A DNA stretch of 64,000 nt from Elusimicrobiota bacterium (GCA_036574205.1 JAINCQ010000021.1:18794-82793); one strand, 5' to 3'; counted from the stretch's first letter, positions 38,470 through 49,932 are shown. The notes: generated from the sequence alone by a model not told the origin. Translations and numbers: made by a program.

Positions 38470-39822
38470 ATGAAAGATATAATAAAAAAACCTGAAGGAA
38501 AGCTTGCAGTTTTAATTCCTGGAATGGGAGCCGTAACAAGCACACTTATAGCCGGTGTAGAAATGGTTAAAAAAGGAATAGGAAGACCTTTCGGTTCTAT
38601 TACTCAGATGCAGAGAATAAGGCTTGGTAAAAGATATGAGAATAGGAATCCTCTTATAAAAGATTTTGTTCCCCTAACAGATTTGAATGACCTTGTTTTC
38701 GGTGGATGGGATATATATGACGATACGATGTACGAGGCGGCGCTTAACTGCAAAGTCTTTTCTCCAGAACAACTAAAACCAGTTAAGAATGAACTTTCAG
38801 AAATAAAACCAATGCCTGGTGTTTTTGATAAAAAGTTTGTCAAAAATTTAAATCCCGCAATATTTAAAAAAGCAAAGAATAAAATGGAATTGGCAGAACT
38901 GCTTATGCGAGATATAGAAGATTTTTGCGCTAAAAATAAAACTAAAAGAGCTGTTATGGTATGGGCTGCTTCCACAGAAGTTTTTACAGAAGAAAAGGAC
39001 GTTCACTCATCAATTAAAAAATTTGAGGAAGGGTTGAAAAACAATTCTCCTTTAATATCTCCCTCAATGATTTATGCTTATGCTGCCATTAAAATGAAAG
39101 TTCCATTTGCCAACGGCGCTCCAAATCTGAGTGTGGATATCCCGGCGTTGATAGAGTTAAGCGAATTAAACAGGGTTCCTATCGCCGGAAAGGATTTTAA
39201 AACAGGTCAAACCTTGATGAAAACTATTATTGCTCCCGGGCTTAAAGCAAGAATGCTCGGGATAAGAGGCTGGTATTCAACTAATATTCTTGGTAATAGG
39301 GATGGTCTTGTGCTTGATGACGCAGGTTCTTTTAAGACAAAAGAGAAAAGTAAAAAATCAGTTCTTGACAGCATTCTTGAACCTGAATTATACAGTGAGC
39401 TTTATGGCAACCTGCATCATAAAGTAAGAATAGATTATTATCCACCACGCGGAGACGCAAAAGAAGGGTGGGATAACATAGATATATTTGGCTGGATGAA
39501 TATGCCAATGCAGATTAAAATAAATTTTCTTTGTAGAGATTCAATACTTGCTGCCCCTGTTATGCTTGATATACTTCTTTTTATGGATCTTGCGTATAGA
39601 GCAGGGCTTAAAGGAATACAGGAATGGATGAGTTTCTTTTTTAAATCTCCGATGCATAGACCTGATCTAAAACCTGAAAATGATTTATTTATTCAGCATA
39701 TTAAATTAAAAAATACTTTAAGACTTTTAATGCGTGAAGAGATAATAGATCATAGCGGGCTTGATTATTATGAATCTAAGTTTAAACCAGTTGTTGCAGA
39801 TCCTCCTAAAAAAGCCAAATGA
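38470..39822 (+). CDS. ino1: Myo-inositol-1-phosphate synthase
   Basis: FGGWD, GKDFKTGQT, NILGNRDG, RDSILAAP; SD AAGGAG favours ATG 38470. Confidence 0.92.
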   Translation: MKDIIKKPEGKLAVLIPGMGAVTSTLIAGVEMVKKGIGRPFGSITQMQRIRLGKRYENRNPLIKDFVPLTDLNDLVFGGWDIYDDTMYEAALNCKVFSPEQLKPVKNELSEIKPMPGVFDKKFVKNLNPAIFKKAKNKMELAELLMRDIEDFCAKNKTKRAVMVWAASTEVFTEEKDVHSSIKKFEEGLKNNSPLISPSMIYAYAAIKMKVPFANGAPNLSVDIPALIELSELNRVPIAGKDFKTGQTLMKTIIAPGLKARMLGIRGWYSTNILGNRDGLVLDDAGSFKTKEKSKKSVLDSILEPELYSELYGNLHHKVRIDYYPPRGDAKEGWDNIDIFGWMNMPMQIKINFLCRDSILAAPVMLDILLFMDLAYRAGLKGIQEWMSFFFKSPMHRPDLKPENDLFIQHIKLKNTLRLLMREEIIDHSGLDYYESKFKPVVADPPKKAK

Positions 39823-42257
39823 AATTGGCATTGATAATTAAAAATTTAGTGTTAAGCTTGATAAGGCATTTTACTCATTTATTGATTTACCGTTTAGATA
39901 TCATCGGCTACTCATATATTTTCCTTCGCAAGTGTGCCTTTTCTTTAGCTTTTATTTTATTCTTGAATTTCTTTATTAATCCTTCTTGCTTTGCGCAGGA
40001 AAGTGCCCCTTTGAATGGTCCATGGCAGGTTAATGAAATTGAAATAAACGGGCTTATAAATATAAAACCGAAACTGATTCTCAAAACTGTAAGAGCTAAA
40101 AAAGGTAAGGTATATTACGAAGAAGATAAGAAGACAGACATAGAAAACCTTATGGCGCTTGGCAATATAGATAGAGCTGAGGTTGAGATTAAATATTCGG
40201 TAGATAAAACCATAGATAAGAAAAATTACGACATAATTAAGGATACTCAGCCTATAAAAGTTATATATACGATCTTTGAAAAACCTTATATCAGGAATAT
40301 TATAATTAACGGCGCAAAAAAACTTTCCAAATCTACCATAAAGTCTGAAATGAAACTTGAAATCGGTGATTTTTATGATGAACTTAAGATAAAAGAGGAT
40401 ATAATAAATATAACAGAAAAATATCGCAGTAAAGGTTTTATAAATTCTAAAGTTGATTATGAAGTTAGCCTGGATACATCTTCCAATAAAGTAGACTTGA
40501 TTATCAATATTATAGAGGGAGAAAAAGTAGTAGTAAGAAACGTACTTGTGGTTGGGGTAAATTCATTTAAGGAAAAGAAGATAATAAAACTGATGAAAAA
40601 TCGCCCTAAAAAAACTTATCAGGAACAAAGTTTTTCAAAAGATATTAGTGAAATAGAAAATTTTTACAAAAACAATGGTTTTGCAGATTTTAAGATAGAA
40701 AATGCAACTGTAACTATTTCAGATGAAAAATATGCTGATATAATAATCTATTTAAATGAAGGGAAAAAATATAAATTTGGTGAAACAAGTTTTTCTGGCA
40801 ATAATGTTTATAACTCATCAGAATTAATTGAAGCGATAGAGTATAGAAAAGGAAAGTTTTTTAAAGAAGAAAAAATTATAGATAGTTTGAGAAATATTCA
40901 GGAAAAATATGCCGATAAGGGTTATCTAAAAGTAACAATTTCAACCTCTGGGATAGTAGAAAACGATAATATAAACATACATTTTCTAATAGAAGAAAAT
41001 TATCCGATATATGTCAGATATATAGACATAGAAGGCAATAAGGCAACCAAAACCAAGGTTTTTAAAAGAGAAATTGTTCAGAAAGAGGGTGAGGTTTTTT
41101 CTCTTTCAAAGGTAAGAAGAAGCCAGGAAAAAATATTTAACCTTGGATTTATAGAAAATATAGATCTTATTATAAATCCTGCTGATTCTATGGATAATGT
41201 AGATCTTGTTTTTGATATTTCTGAGGGTAAGCCGGGAATGCTTACAGCAGGTGCTGGAGTTTCTTCAAAAGAAGGGCTTGTAGGAATGATTTCAGTCTCA
41301 CATATGAATATGTTTGGATTGGCCCAACGATTTTCTTTAAACTGGAATTTTGGAAAAAGGGTTCAGGATTATTCACTTAACTGGACTACCCCCTGGCTTG
41401 ATAATCATCCTACGTCGCTTTCTTTAAGCCTTTTTAATAACAGAAGATACAGATCATATTCCACCACATATTCAGCTTATACTGAAAAAAGAACTGGAGG
41501 AAGAGTTTCTTTAAGGCCAAGGTTTGAGGATGATAAATATCACCTGGGTTTTACATACTCTTATGAAAAAGTCAATATATATGATATTTTGGAGATATAC
41601 CAAAACCAGATAATGGAGGGGACAAGTGTTCAATCTTCTCTTTCAGTTGAGTTTGCGCGCGATACGAGAGATTATATATGGGATCCAACAAGAGGTTCAA
41701 GACTTTCGGTTGGGATTGAGGTGTCTGGAGGAGTTTTAGGCGGAGACTCAAATCTTTATAAACCTTCTCTGTCTTATTCATATAATAAAAAACTTTTTTC
41801 TATAGATGATTGGCCTTTTGTTTTTTCAGTAGCAACTAAATTTGGCTGGGTAAAAGAATATGGAGCAACTAAAGATGTTCCTGTTTATGAAAGATATTTT
41901 TTAGGTGGTGCTGATACTGTAAGAGGATATAACACTAACGGACAGATAGGGCCGAAGGATGGCGGGCTTGTTTATTCAGTAACCAATTTTGAATTTAAAT
42001 TTCCGCTAGCAAGGGAGAAAAAAAGAACTATAGTACAGTGGGGATTTTTCTTTGATATAGGGGGTAGCTGGAGCGGATTTGATGATATCAGTTTTAAAAT
42101 AGGGTCAAATACAAATCAACTTAAAGCGGGAGCTGGTTTTGGAATAAGATTTACGACCCCAGCTTTTCCTATAAGACTTGACTGGGGCTATGGTTTTAAT
42201 CATAAACCAGGCGAACAACGTTCAGATATATATTTTACACTAGGTAATCTGTTTTAG
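39819..42257 (+). CDS. bamA: Outer membrane protein assembly factor BamA
   Basis: Multiple POTRA-like repeats, FLGGADTVRGY, PIRLDWGY, C-terminal Phe; start codon uncertain. Confidence 0.93.
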   Translation: MKLALIIKNLVLSLIRHFTHLLIYRLDIIGYSYIFLRKCAFSLAFILFLNFFINPSCFAQESAPLNGPWQVNEIEINGLINIKPKLILKTVRAKKGKVYYEEDKKTDIENLMALGNIDRAEVEIKYSVDKTIDKKNYDIIKDTQPIKVIYTIFEKPYIRNIIINGAKKLSKSTIKSEMKLEIGDFYDELKIKEDIINITEKYRSKGFINSKVDYEVSLDTSSNKVDLIINIIEGEKVVVRNVLVVGVNSFKEKKIIKLMKNRPKKTYQEQSFSKDISEIENFYKNNGFADFKIENATVTISDEKYADIIIYLNEGKKYKFGETSFSGNNVYNSSELIEAIEYRKGKFFKEEKIIDSLRNIQEKYADKGYLKVTISTSGIVENDNINIHFLIEENYPIYVRYIDIEGNKATKTKVFKREIVQKEGEVFSLSKVRRSQEKIFNLGFIENIDLIINPADSMDNVDLVFDISEGKPGMLTAGAGVSSKEGLVGMISVSHMNMFGLAQRFSLNWNFGKRVQDYSLNWTTPWLDNHPTSLSLSLFNNRRYRSYSTTYSAYTEKRTGGRVSLRPRFEDDKYHLGFTYSYEKVNIYDILEIYQNQIMEGTSVQSSLSVEFARDTRDYIWDPTRGSRLSVGIEVSGGVLGGDSNLYKPSLSYSYNKKLFSIDDWPFVFSVATKFGWVKEYGATKDVPVYERYFLGGADTVRGYNTNGQIGPKDGGLVYSVTNFEFKFPLAREKKRTIVQWGFFFDIGGSWSGFDDISFKIGSNTNQLKAGAGFGIRFTTPAFPIRLDWGYGFNHKPGEQRSDIYFTLGNLF

Positions 42258-42519
42258 TGAAAAAATTAACAATAAAATTTATCCGTTCGAAAATAGAATA
42301 TTTTAAAAACTCTTTATTTTTTCATTTATAATGTTTGTTAATCATGTTTTATCATTTTATCTTGCTGAAAAACAGTTAATTTATTTTGCAAATAAATTTT
42401 TATTTTTTAATAACGTCTTATTCTAAATTTCAAAAAAATGTATAATTTAATAAGAAAGAGTTTGTGACAGTAGATGTAGAGCTTTTTATTTAAAAGTTTT
42501 TTGATTCGTTGGAGATATT

Positions 42520-43878
42520 ATGCTTGGAAGGTTTTTATTTTTAATCCTATCTACGATTTTTTCAGTTAATATTTTTTCTGCCTCAATAAAAAAAGATATA
42601 GGTGAAGAGAAAATTTATGAGGTAAGAAGAATAATTGTTGCGACATATTCTGGAGTAATTGCACCTGTTGCATCTGAGTATCTTAATTCTGCAATAGACA
42701 GGCTTAACAACGAAAATTTTGACATGCTTATAATTGAACTTGATACGCCAGGCGGGCTTGATGCGTCTATGAGAGATATAATAAAAAAGATGCTTGGTTC
42801 AAAAAAACCGATAGTGGTATATGTTTATCCAAAAGGAGCAAGAGCTGCGTCAGCAGGGGTTTTTATAACTGTTGCATCACATATAGCTGTTATGAGCCCA
42901 TCTACGAATATAGGGGCTGCTCATCCGGTAATGATTGGTGGAGGGATTGATTTTGATCCGTCCAAAAAAGAAAAGGATAAAGATAAAAAAGGCAAAACCG
43001 CTATGGATGAGAAGGTTTTAAATGACGCGACAGCTTATATAAAATCGATATGCCAGTATAAAAACAGGAATGTTGCCTGGGCCGTTAATGCTGTTACAAA
43101 AAGCGATTCTGTTACCGCCACTGAGGCTCTTAAATATAAAGTAATAGAATTTGTTGCTGAGGATATTGCCAGCCTTTTAAAGCAAATTCATAATTTTAAA
43201 CTTGAGAATTTTGGAACTCTTAAAACAGATAGAGTTAACGAAATTTATCGTTTTGAGCAAACCAAAAGACAAAAATTTCTTTCAAAAATAACTGATCCAA
43301 ATATAGCTCTTTTCCTTATGAGCATCGGAGGAATAGGTATATTGATAGAGCTTTATAATCCTGGACTTATATTGCCCGGGGTGGTTGGCGCGGTATCTTT
43401 GGTTGTGGGACTTTACGCTTTTCAAACTTTGAGCGCAAACTTTGCCGGTGTAATTTTAATACTTCTCAGCTTTTTGTTTTTATTAGCTGAGATAAAGGTT
43501 ATGAGCTACGGACTTTTAACATTTGCGGCTATTTTGTCAATGTTTTTAGGCGCGACAATGCTTTTTAAAGGATCTCCGCAGATAAGCGGAGTGGGAGTAG
43601 ATATGAGTTTCCTGACAGCGAATATGATAGGAATAATAATAATTGTTTTTGTTTTGGCTTATGTAGTTTTGAGGGCTCAGCTAAGGAAAGTTGAAACTGG
43701 TAGAGAAGCTCTTATTGGCAAAAAAGCAATTGCTAAAACAAGACTTTCACCGAAAGGGAAAATTTTTATTGATGGTGAGTTATGGGATGCGGAAAGCATT
43801 TATGGTGAAATAGAGCAGAATAGCGAGGTGGAAGTTGTTGAGATAAATGGATTTAATGTTAAAGTAAAAAAGGTATAG
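42520..43878 (+). CDS. nfeD: NfeD1b-type membrane-bound serine protease (ClpP-like N-domain, TMs, OB-fold)
   Basis: LDTPGG, RAASAG, TNIGAAHPV, ELYNPG, GELWDA. Confidence 0.9.
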   Translation: MLGRFLFLILSTIFSVNIFSASIKKDIGEEKIYEVRRIIVATYSGVIAPVASEYLNSAIDRLNNENFDMLIIELDTPGGLDASMRDIIKKMLGSKKPIVVYVYPKGARAASAGVFITVASHIAVMSPSTNIGAAHPVMIGGGIDFDPSKKEKDKDKKGKTAMDEKVLNDATAYIKSICQYKNRNVAWAVNAVTKSDSVTATEALKYKVIEFVAEDIASLLKQIHNFKLENFGTLKTDRVNEIYRFEQTKRQKFLSKITDPNIALFLMSIGGIGILIELYNPGLILPGVVGAVSLVVGLYAFQTLSANFAGVILILLSFLFLLAEIKVMSYGLLTFAAILSMFLGATMLFKGSPQISGVGVDMSFLTANMIGIIIIVFVLAYVVLRAQLRKVETGREALIGKKAIAKTRLSPKGKIFIDGELWDAESIYGEIEQNSEVEVVEINGFNVKVKKV

Positions 43879-43900
43879 ATATTTTTAAGCAGGAGGATTT

Positions 43901-46405
43901 ATGCAGGGAAGATTCAGTCCGCACTTTCAAAAAATCTTTATGATAGCCCAGGAACATGCCAAAAGATTAAATCATGATTATCTGGGAAGCGAACATATAT
44001 TGCTTGCTATAACCGATGTAGAAGAATCTGTTGCGGCAATGGCTTTAAAAAATCTGAATGTGGACTTGAAAAAATTAAGGCTGAATATTGAAGATGCTAT
44101 AGGTGTTGGACAGTCTATGATGCTTTTGGGGGAGATCCCATTAAGCAGTCAGGCAAAGAAAATAATTGAATATGCCGTTGAGGAAGCGCAGAAGTTTGGA
44201 CATAATTATATAGGTAGTGAGCATATACTACTTGCCCTTGTTAAAGATGATGAGGGGATTGGGGCAAGGATATTAAACCATATGGGGGTTAAATTTTCAA
44301 ATTTAAAGCAGGAGATAATAAAAATCCTTGGTGAAAACTCAATTGGTTTTAGAAAAGAAGATGAAGAAGATATGGAAGAAGAGGAGGAAGAAGAAAAACC
44401 ACAAAGACAGGTAAGGGATACAAGACATACCTATAAACCTTTAAGAGTAAAAACGCAAACCCTTGATGAGTTTGGAAGAGACTTGACTGATTTAGCTAAA
44501 AACGATCAGCTTGATCCTGTAATAGGAAGAGAAAATGAAATGGACAGGGTTATACAGGTACTTGGAAGAAGAACAAAAAATAATCCAGTTCTGGTAGGGG
44601 AACCAGGTGTTGGGAAAACGGCGATAGTTGAAGGATTGGCTCAAAGAATTGTTAGCGGCAATATTCCTGAAACTTTAAGCGGGAAAAGGCTTGTAAGTTT
44701 GGATCTTGCCTCCATTGTCGCAGGGACAAAATATAGGGGGGAGTTTGAGCAGAGACTAAAGACTATAATAGATGAGATAAGAAAGGCAAAAAATTCAATA
44801 ATAGTTTTTATAGACGAGCTTCATACTGTAATAGGAGCTGGTGCTGCTGAGGGAGCGATAGACGCAGCTAATATTTTAAAACCTGCTCTTGCAAGGGGGG
44901 AGTTGCAATGCATAGGAGCTACGACTTTTGATGAATATAGAAAACATATAGAGCATGATCCAGCGCTTGAAAGAAGATTTCAGCCTATAATAGTTGACCA
45001 GCCTTCGGTTGAAGAGGCGATTGAAATTTTAAAAGGATTGAAAGAAAAATATGAAATGCACCATATGTGTGAATACACTGATAAAGCCATAGAAACTGCG
45101 GTTATTCTTTCCGACAAATACATAACCGATAGAGCGCTTCCAGATAAAGCCATAGATCTTATGGATGAAGCGGGATCAAGCGCGAGACTTAAAATGTCTG
45201 TTTATCCGCCAGAGTTTAAGGAGAAGGAAAGAGAAATAGAAGAAATCATGAAGAAAGAAAAAGAAGCGGAAGAAAAAAGTGATCTGGAAAAAAAGGCGGA
45301 GCTTGTTGACAAAAGAAAACAGTTAAAAAAAGAGTTTGAAGAGATGAAGAGAAAATGGAGAGAAGAAAGAGAAAAGAAAAGAACTGTTGTAACAGATGAG
45401 GATATTGCTATAATAGCTTCTAAATGGACCGGGATCCCGGTAACGAGGCTTACTCAATCAGAGGCCGAAAAATTGCTTCATATGGAAGATGAGATACATA
45501 AAAGAATAATAGGACAGGATGAGGCGGTTAGAATAATTTCAAAATCAATAAAAAGATCAAGAACCGGGATGAAGGATCCCAAAAAACCTATAGGTAATTT
45601 CCTTTTCCTTGGTCCTACTGGTGTTGGGAAAACTGAGCTTGCAAGAGCTGTTGCGGAATATCTTTTCGGCAATGAAGATGCTATGGTGAGAATAGATATG
45701 TCTGAATATATGGAGAAGTTTGCGGTTTCAAGGTTGATTGGCGCTCCTCCGGGATATGTAGGATATGAAGAAGGTGGGAAACTTACAGAGGCTGTTAGAA
45801 GAAAACCCTATTCGGTTGTAGTTCTTGATGAAATGGAAAAAGCTCATCCTGATGTTTATAATATATTGCTTCAGGTTATGGATGATGGTATTTTGACTGA
45901 CAGCCTTGGACATAAAGTAAGTTTTAAAAATACCATTTTAATAATGACATCAAATATAGGAGCAAGGCTTATAACCAAAGGTAAAACACTCGGGTTTGTG
46001 CCTACTGAGGATAAAGAAAGAGACTACAGAGAGATGAAAGATACTGTTATGGAGGAGGTTAAGAGGGTTTTTAATCCAGAGTTCATAAACAGAATAGACG
46101 AAATTGTGGTCTTCAGATCGTTAACGCAGGAGGATATGTATAAAATACTTGATATAAATTTTGCCAAGGTTCAAAAAAAGGTTGAAGACAGGGATATTAA
46201 ACTTGAGCTTTCTGATAAAGCAAGAGATTTTGTTGTACAGAAAGGTTTTGATCCTAATTATGGGGCAAGACCTCTTTTAAGAACTATACAAAAATATATA
46301 GAAGACCCACTTTCAGAATTTATATTAATCAATAAAGTAAAAGATGGTTCAAGAATAAAGATTGATTACTCGGAAGGCGAAAAACTTGATATTAAATTAA
46401 AATAA
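43901..46405 (+). CDS. clpC: ATP-dependent Clp protease ATPase subunit ClpC
   Basis: Two Clp-N repeats, GEPGVGKT and GPTGVGKT, short coiled-coil M domain, LGF ClpP-docking loop. Confidence 0.9.
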   Translation: MQGRFSPHFQKIFMIAQEHAKRLNHDYLGSEHILLAITDVEESVAAMALKNLNVDLKKLRLNIEDAIGVGQSMMLLGEIPLSSQAKKIIEYAVEEAQKFGHNYIGSEHILLALVKDDEGIGARILNHMGVKFSNLKQEIIKILGENSIGFRKEDEEDMEEEEEEEKPQRQVRDTRHTYKPLRVKTQTLDEFGRDLTDLAKNDQLDPVIGRENEMDRVIQVLGRRTKNNPVLVGEPGVGKTAIVEGLAQRIVSGNIPETLSGKRLVSLDLASIVAGTKYRGEFEQRLKTIIDEIRKAKNSIIVFIDELHTVIGAGAAEGAIDAANILKPALARGELQCIGATTFDEYRKHIEHDPALERRFQPIIVDQPSVEEAIEILKGLKEKYEMHHMCEYTDKAIETAVILSDKYITDRALPDKAIDLMDEAGSSARLKMSVYPPEFKEKEREIEEIMKKEKEAEEKSDLEKKAELVDKRKQLKKEFEEMKRKWREEREKKRTVVTDEDIAIIASKWTGIPVTRLTQSEAEKLLHMEDEIHKRIIGQDEAVRIISKSIKRSRTGMKDPKKPIGNFLFLGPTGVGKTELARAVAEYLFGNEDAMVRIDMSEYMEKFAVSRLIGAPPGYVGYEEGGKLTEAVRRKPYSVVVLDEMEKAHPDVYNILLQVMDDGILTDSLGHKVSFKNTILIMTSNIGARLITKGKTLGFVPTEDKERDYREMKDTVMEEVKRVFNPEFINRIDEIVVFRSLTQEDMYKILDINFAKVQKKVEDRDIKLELSDKARDFVVQKGFDPNYGARPLLRTIQKYIEDPLSEFILINKVKDGSRIKIDYSEGEKLDIKLK

Positions 46406-46438
46406 TTTGGATTATAGCCTTATGCCATTAATATCGGA

Positions 46439-47395
46439 ATGCGTAAATTAATTCATAGAAGGTTTGCCAATCTATTGCTTTTTTTTCTTTTTATCTGCGT
46501 TGTATATTTTGTTTATGCTTTTGTTTTTGCAAGCGTAGATCATATTAATCATTTAAATAATACTAATAAACCACTAAACCGCATTGACATTAATTTTTAT
46601 ATGAGCGATGAAAGATGGAGCGATCTTACCGAAAATTTGAGAAACCTATGTGATAATTATAAGGCTCATGTTGGTGTATATCTTAAAGATTTAAAAACCC
46701 AAAAAACATGGGAGTATAATGCAGACAGGCTATTTCGCTCTGCCAGTCTTATTAAATTACCCATAATGATAGCTGTTATGAATAAAGTTGAAGAGAAACA
46801 AATATCCCTTGATACTGAACTTACTATTACTGATAAAGATAGAATGGATGGTTCTGGTTCTCTAAAATGGGCAAGGGAAGGGACAACCCTCAGCCTTCTT
46901 GAGATTATTTATAGGATGATAACAGATAGCGATAATACAGCGACAAAACTTTTAATAGATTATTTTGGAATAGAATATTTTAAAAGCGCATTCAGGCAGA
47001 TGGGACTTGCTTATACAAACATAACGCTTGAAGGAATGAGTCTTACATCTGGAAGAGTAGCAAAAGAAAATTATACTACTCCTAGAGAAATGGCTTATCT
47101 TCTTGAAAAGATATATAGAAAAGAAATGGTTTCAAAAAGCATGAGTGAGATGATGCTTGATATACTTAAGAGAAACAGAAGCCGATCCAGAATAAGGAAA
47201 GGTGTGCCTCTTTCCTGGCAGGTTGGTCATAAAACCGGGCTATTAAGAAAATCGTGTAGCGATGTAGGGATAGTTTTTTCACCACATAGTGATTATATCC
47301 TTGCCATACTTTTAGATGATGTTCCAAGCTACAGAAGTGGTAAAGAATTTATAGCTAAAATTGCAAGGGTTACAAGCGAATTTTATAAAATATAA
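46439..47395 (+). CDS. Class A beta-lactamase-like serine hydrolase, membrane-anchored
   Basis: SxxK (SLIK), SDN and KTG motifs; N-terminal TM. Confidence 0.85.
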   Translation: MRKLIHRRFANLLLFFLFICVVYFVYAFVFASVDHINHLNNTNKPLNRIDINFYMSDERWSDLTENLRNLCDNYKAHVGVYLKDLKTQKTWEYNADRLFRSASLIKLPIMIAVMNKVEEKQISLDTELTITDKDRMDGSGSLKWAREGTTLSLLEIIYRMITDSDNTATKLLIDYFGIEYFKSAFRQMGLAYTNITLEGMSLTSGRVAKENYTTPREMAYLLEKIYRKEMVSKSMSEMMLDILKRNRSRSRIRKGVPLSWQVGHKTGLLRKSCSDVGIVFSPHSDYILAILLDDVPSYRSGKEFIAKIARVTSEFYKI

Positions 47396-47420
47396 CAAAC
47401 AGTTAAGATACGGAGGAATT

Positions 47421-48659
47421 ATGAAAATTGAGAATAAAATTATCACAGATGTAGAAAAGTATAGGGATTACATAATATATTTACAAAAAGAGCTTACAAA
47501 AAGACCAGCCATTTCTCCAATAAGTGGTGGGGAGGGGGAATATGATAAAGCTATCTGGCTTGAAAGCGAGTTAAAGAAATATAAATTTGATAGAATTGAG
47601 AGAATTGACGCTCCTGATTCAAAAGCAAAAAATGGTATCAGACCTAATATAGTTGCTATATATAATGGTAAAAAGGCAGATAAAACTGTATGGATTATGT
47701 CCCATATTGATATAGTTCCTCCGGGAGAGATCTCTATGTGGTCTTCCAATCCTTATGAGGTTGTCGTTGATGGGGATAAATTAATAGGTCGCGGTGTTGA
47801 GGATAACCAGCAAGCTATAGTTTCTTCTTTGCTTGTGGCTAAAGCAATTATGGAAAATGATTTTAGATTTGATTTCAATCTGGGGCTTTTATTTTGCGCT
47901 GATGAGGAAACTGGAAGCGGGTTTGGGGCAGATTATGTTGTTGAAAAAAGATCTGATATATTTTCAAAGAATGATATGTTTTTTGTTCCAGATAGTGGCG
48001 TTGAGGATGGATCTATGATTGAAGTGGCAGAGAAATCAATATTATGGTTAAAAGTTAAAACGATTGGAAAACAGTGCCATGCTTCAAGACCGTCTCTTGG
48101 AATAAACGCATTTAAGGCTGCCTCAGAATTGGTTACAAAAGTTGAGAAGCTTTATAAAATATTCAGGCATAAAGATAAGCTGTATCAACCGCCTTATTCT
48201 ACATTTGAGCCTACAAAGAAAGAAGCAAATGTTTTGAATGTTAATACAATACCTGGCGAGGATATTTTTTATATAGATATGCGAGTTATGCCTGTTTACA
48301 AACTTGAAGATGTTGAATCTGAATTAAGAAAAATGGCTGATGAGATCGAAAAAAAACGAGGCGTTAAGATAACTTTTGAATATATACAGAAAGCTCAGGC
48401 AGCTCCCAAAACAGATCCTCAAAGCAATATAGTTGTTGCTCTTAAAAAGGCGATAAAGGATATTCTTAAAGTAAAGCCAAAAGTTTATGGAATAGGTGGA
48501 GGAACGGTTGCGGCTTTTTTTAGAAGAATGAATCTTCCAACAGTTGTTTATTCAAAACTTAACGAAACTGCTCATCAGCCAAATGAATATTGTTATATTT
48601 CAAATATTATAAGCGACAGTAAAGTTTTCTTAAAAACTATGTTTATCCTGAACTCATAA
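47421..48659 (+). CDS. M20-family metallohydrolase (DapE/ArgE-like)
   Basis: SHIDIVP, GRGVED, DEETGS, HAS.P, AHQPNE; SD GGAGGA places the start at 47421. Confidence 0.88.
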   Translation: MKIENKIITDVEKYRDYIIYLQKELTKRPAISPISGGEGEYDKAIWLESELKKYKFDRIERIDAPDSKAKNGIRPNIVAIYNGKKADKTVWIMSHIDIVPPGEISMWSSNPYEVVVDGDKLIGRGVEDNQQAIVSSLLVAKAIMENDFRFDFNLGLLFCADEETGSGFGADYVVEKRSDIFSKNDMFFVPDSGVEDGSMIEVAEKSILWLKVKTIGKQCHASRPSLGINAFKAASELVTKVEKLYKIFRHKDKLYQPPYSTFEPTKKEANVLNVNTIPGEDIFYIDMRVMPVYKLEDVESELRKMADEIEKKRGVKITFEYIQKAQAAPKTDPQSNIVVALKKAIKDILKVKPKVYGIGGGTVAAFFRRMNLPTVVYSKLNETAHQPNEYCYISNIISDSKVFLKTMFILNS

Positions 48660-48777
48660 ATTAGTGGCAAGTATCAATGTAATTAAGGAATTTTTATAAA
48701 TATCATTGCGTGTTAGTTTTTTGATATTGTCTATTTATTATAAAATCATTAATCAAAAATCTATTGTCCGGGTTTAT

Positions 48778-49932
48778 TTATATCTGCGAGAAGTTTGTTA
48801 CTCTATTTCTTCCATTCTGTTTAGAATAATAAAGTGCTTTATCCGCCTTTTGAATCAGATCTTCTTTTGATATTGCGTCAACTGGATAATAAGCTATTCC
48901 TATTGATATTGTAACTTTTAAATCTATAATTCCAAACTTAAATTTATGGTTTTCAACACTTTCTCTTATATAATTGGCTTTACGCGCGCTACCTTCTCTT
49001 TCAGCGCGCGGCATTATAATTGCAAATTCCTCCCCACCATATCTTGCTACAAAATCTGTCTCATATACGCAGTTTTTGAGTATAGCACTGACTCCTTTTA
49101 TTACCTCATCTCCGGCTTGATGACCATATGTGTCATTAATATTTTTGAAATGGTCTATATCTATCATCATAAGCCCAAGAAGGTGTTTGAAATTTTTTGC
49201 CCTGATAATCTCCTCCTCAAGTTTTTCATTAAATATCTGCCGCCGATAGAGCCCGCTTAATCCGTCTTTGAGAGATAGTTCCTCTATTTTTGAAAAAAGA
49301 TAAATTCTTTTTAGAAAAGGGGTTATTTCAGAAGTAAATTCTATAAAATTTTGGGATTTATTGTCAGGCGAGTTTATTATAAAAGCAAAGTAAGTTTCTT
49401 TTTCGCCTATTGGTATTATTGTTTTCCCATTTTTGACGATTATGCTTTTGAGTTTTTCCGGGATATTTTCTGTATCACCATAGATTTTCTCAAATCTATC
49501 ATTTACCTTTATATATAGAGAAGTTTTTTCTCCAGCATATTCATCAGCATATTTTTCAATAGACTTTATTGCTTCTATCTCAAAAGCCTGTGATAAAATA
49601 GTAAATATAGAGTGTAAATATTGATTTTTCTTTTCTCTCAAAATAGATTTATCTGTTTCTTGTTTTAACTCAGAAAGATTTTTTTCAAGATTTTTTTGTT
49701 TTTCTATAAGCGCATCAATAGATCTATTGTTTTTAATCTCAAATTTTTTTGTTGTTATAACTATAATAATAGAGGATAAAAAAGCATATAGGTTAGCAAT
49801 GGGTTGTTTGTATGGAGTAAGAAAAAGCACAAGTGGCAAAATCGAGAAAAAAACTGCCATTTTCAGACTTTTTTTTGATATAAAGAAGACCACAATAAAA
49901 TAAAATAAATTGTAATTCAAAATCTCATTCAT
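48778..49932 (-). CDS. Membrane-anchored diguanylate cyclase
   Basis: DGLSGL, DIDHFK.INDTYGH, RYGGEEF; no RxxD I-site (YETD). Confidence 0.9.
   Translation of the reverse strand: MNEILNYNLFYFIVVFFISKKSLKMAVFFSILPLVLFLTPYKQPIANLYAFLSSIIIVITTKKFEIKNNRSIDALIEKQKNLEKNLSELKQETDKSILREKKNQYLHSIFTILSQAFEIEAIKSIEKYADEYAGEKTSLYIKVNDRFEKIYGDTENIPEKLKSIIVKNGKTIIPIGEKETYFAFIINSPDNKSQNFIEFTSEITPFLKRIYLFSKIEELSLKDGLSGLYRRQIFNEKLEEEIIRAKNFKHLLGLMMIDIDHFKNINDTYGHQAGDEVIKGVSAILKNCVYETDFVARYGGEEFAIIMPRAEREGSARKANYIRESVENHKFKFGIIDLKVTISIGIAYYPVDAISKEDLIQKADKALYYSKQNGRNRVTNFSQI

Noticed and set aside
42378..42398. AATTTATTT-tgc-AAATAAATT dyad upstream of nfeD
   Set aside because: Pure A/T arms in a very AT-rich spacer, likely chance; no match to CtsR or CIRCE motifs
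43901..46405. ClpB assignment
   Set aside because: The short M domain and the LGF ClpP-binding loop favour ClpC
46439..47395. Acquired antibiotic-resistance beta-lactamase
   Set aside because: Membrane-anchored, divergent, embedded in a housekeeping run with no mobile element; only the SxxK/SDN/KTG fold motifs are supported
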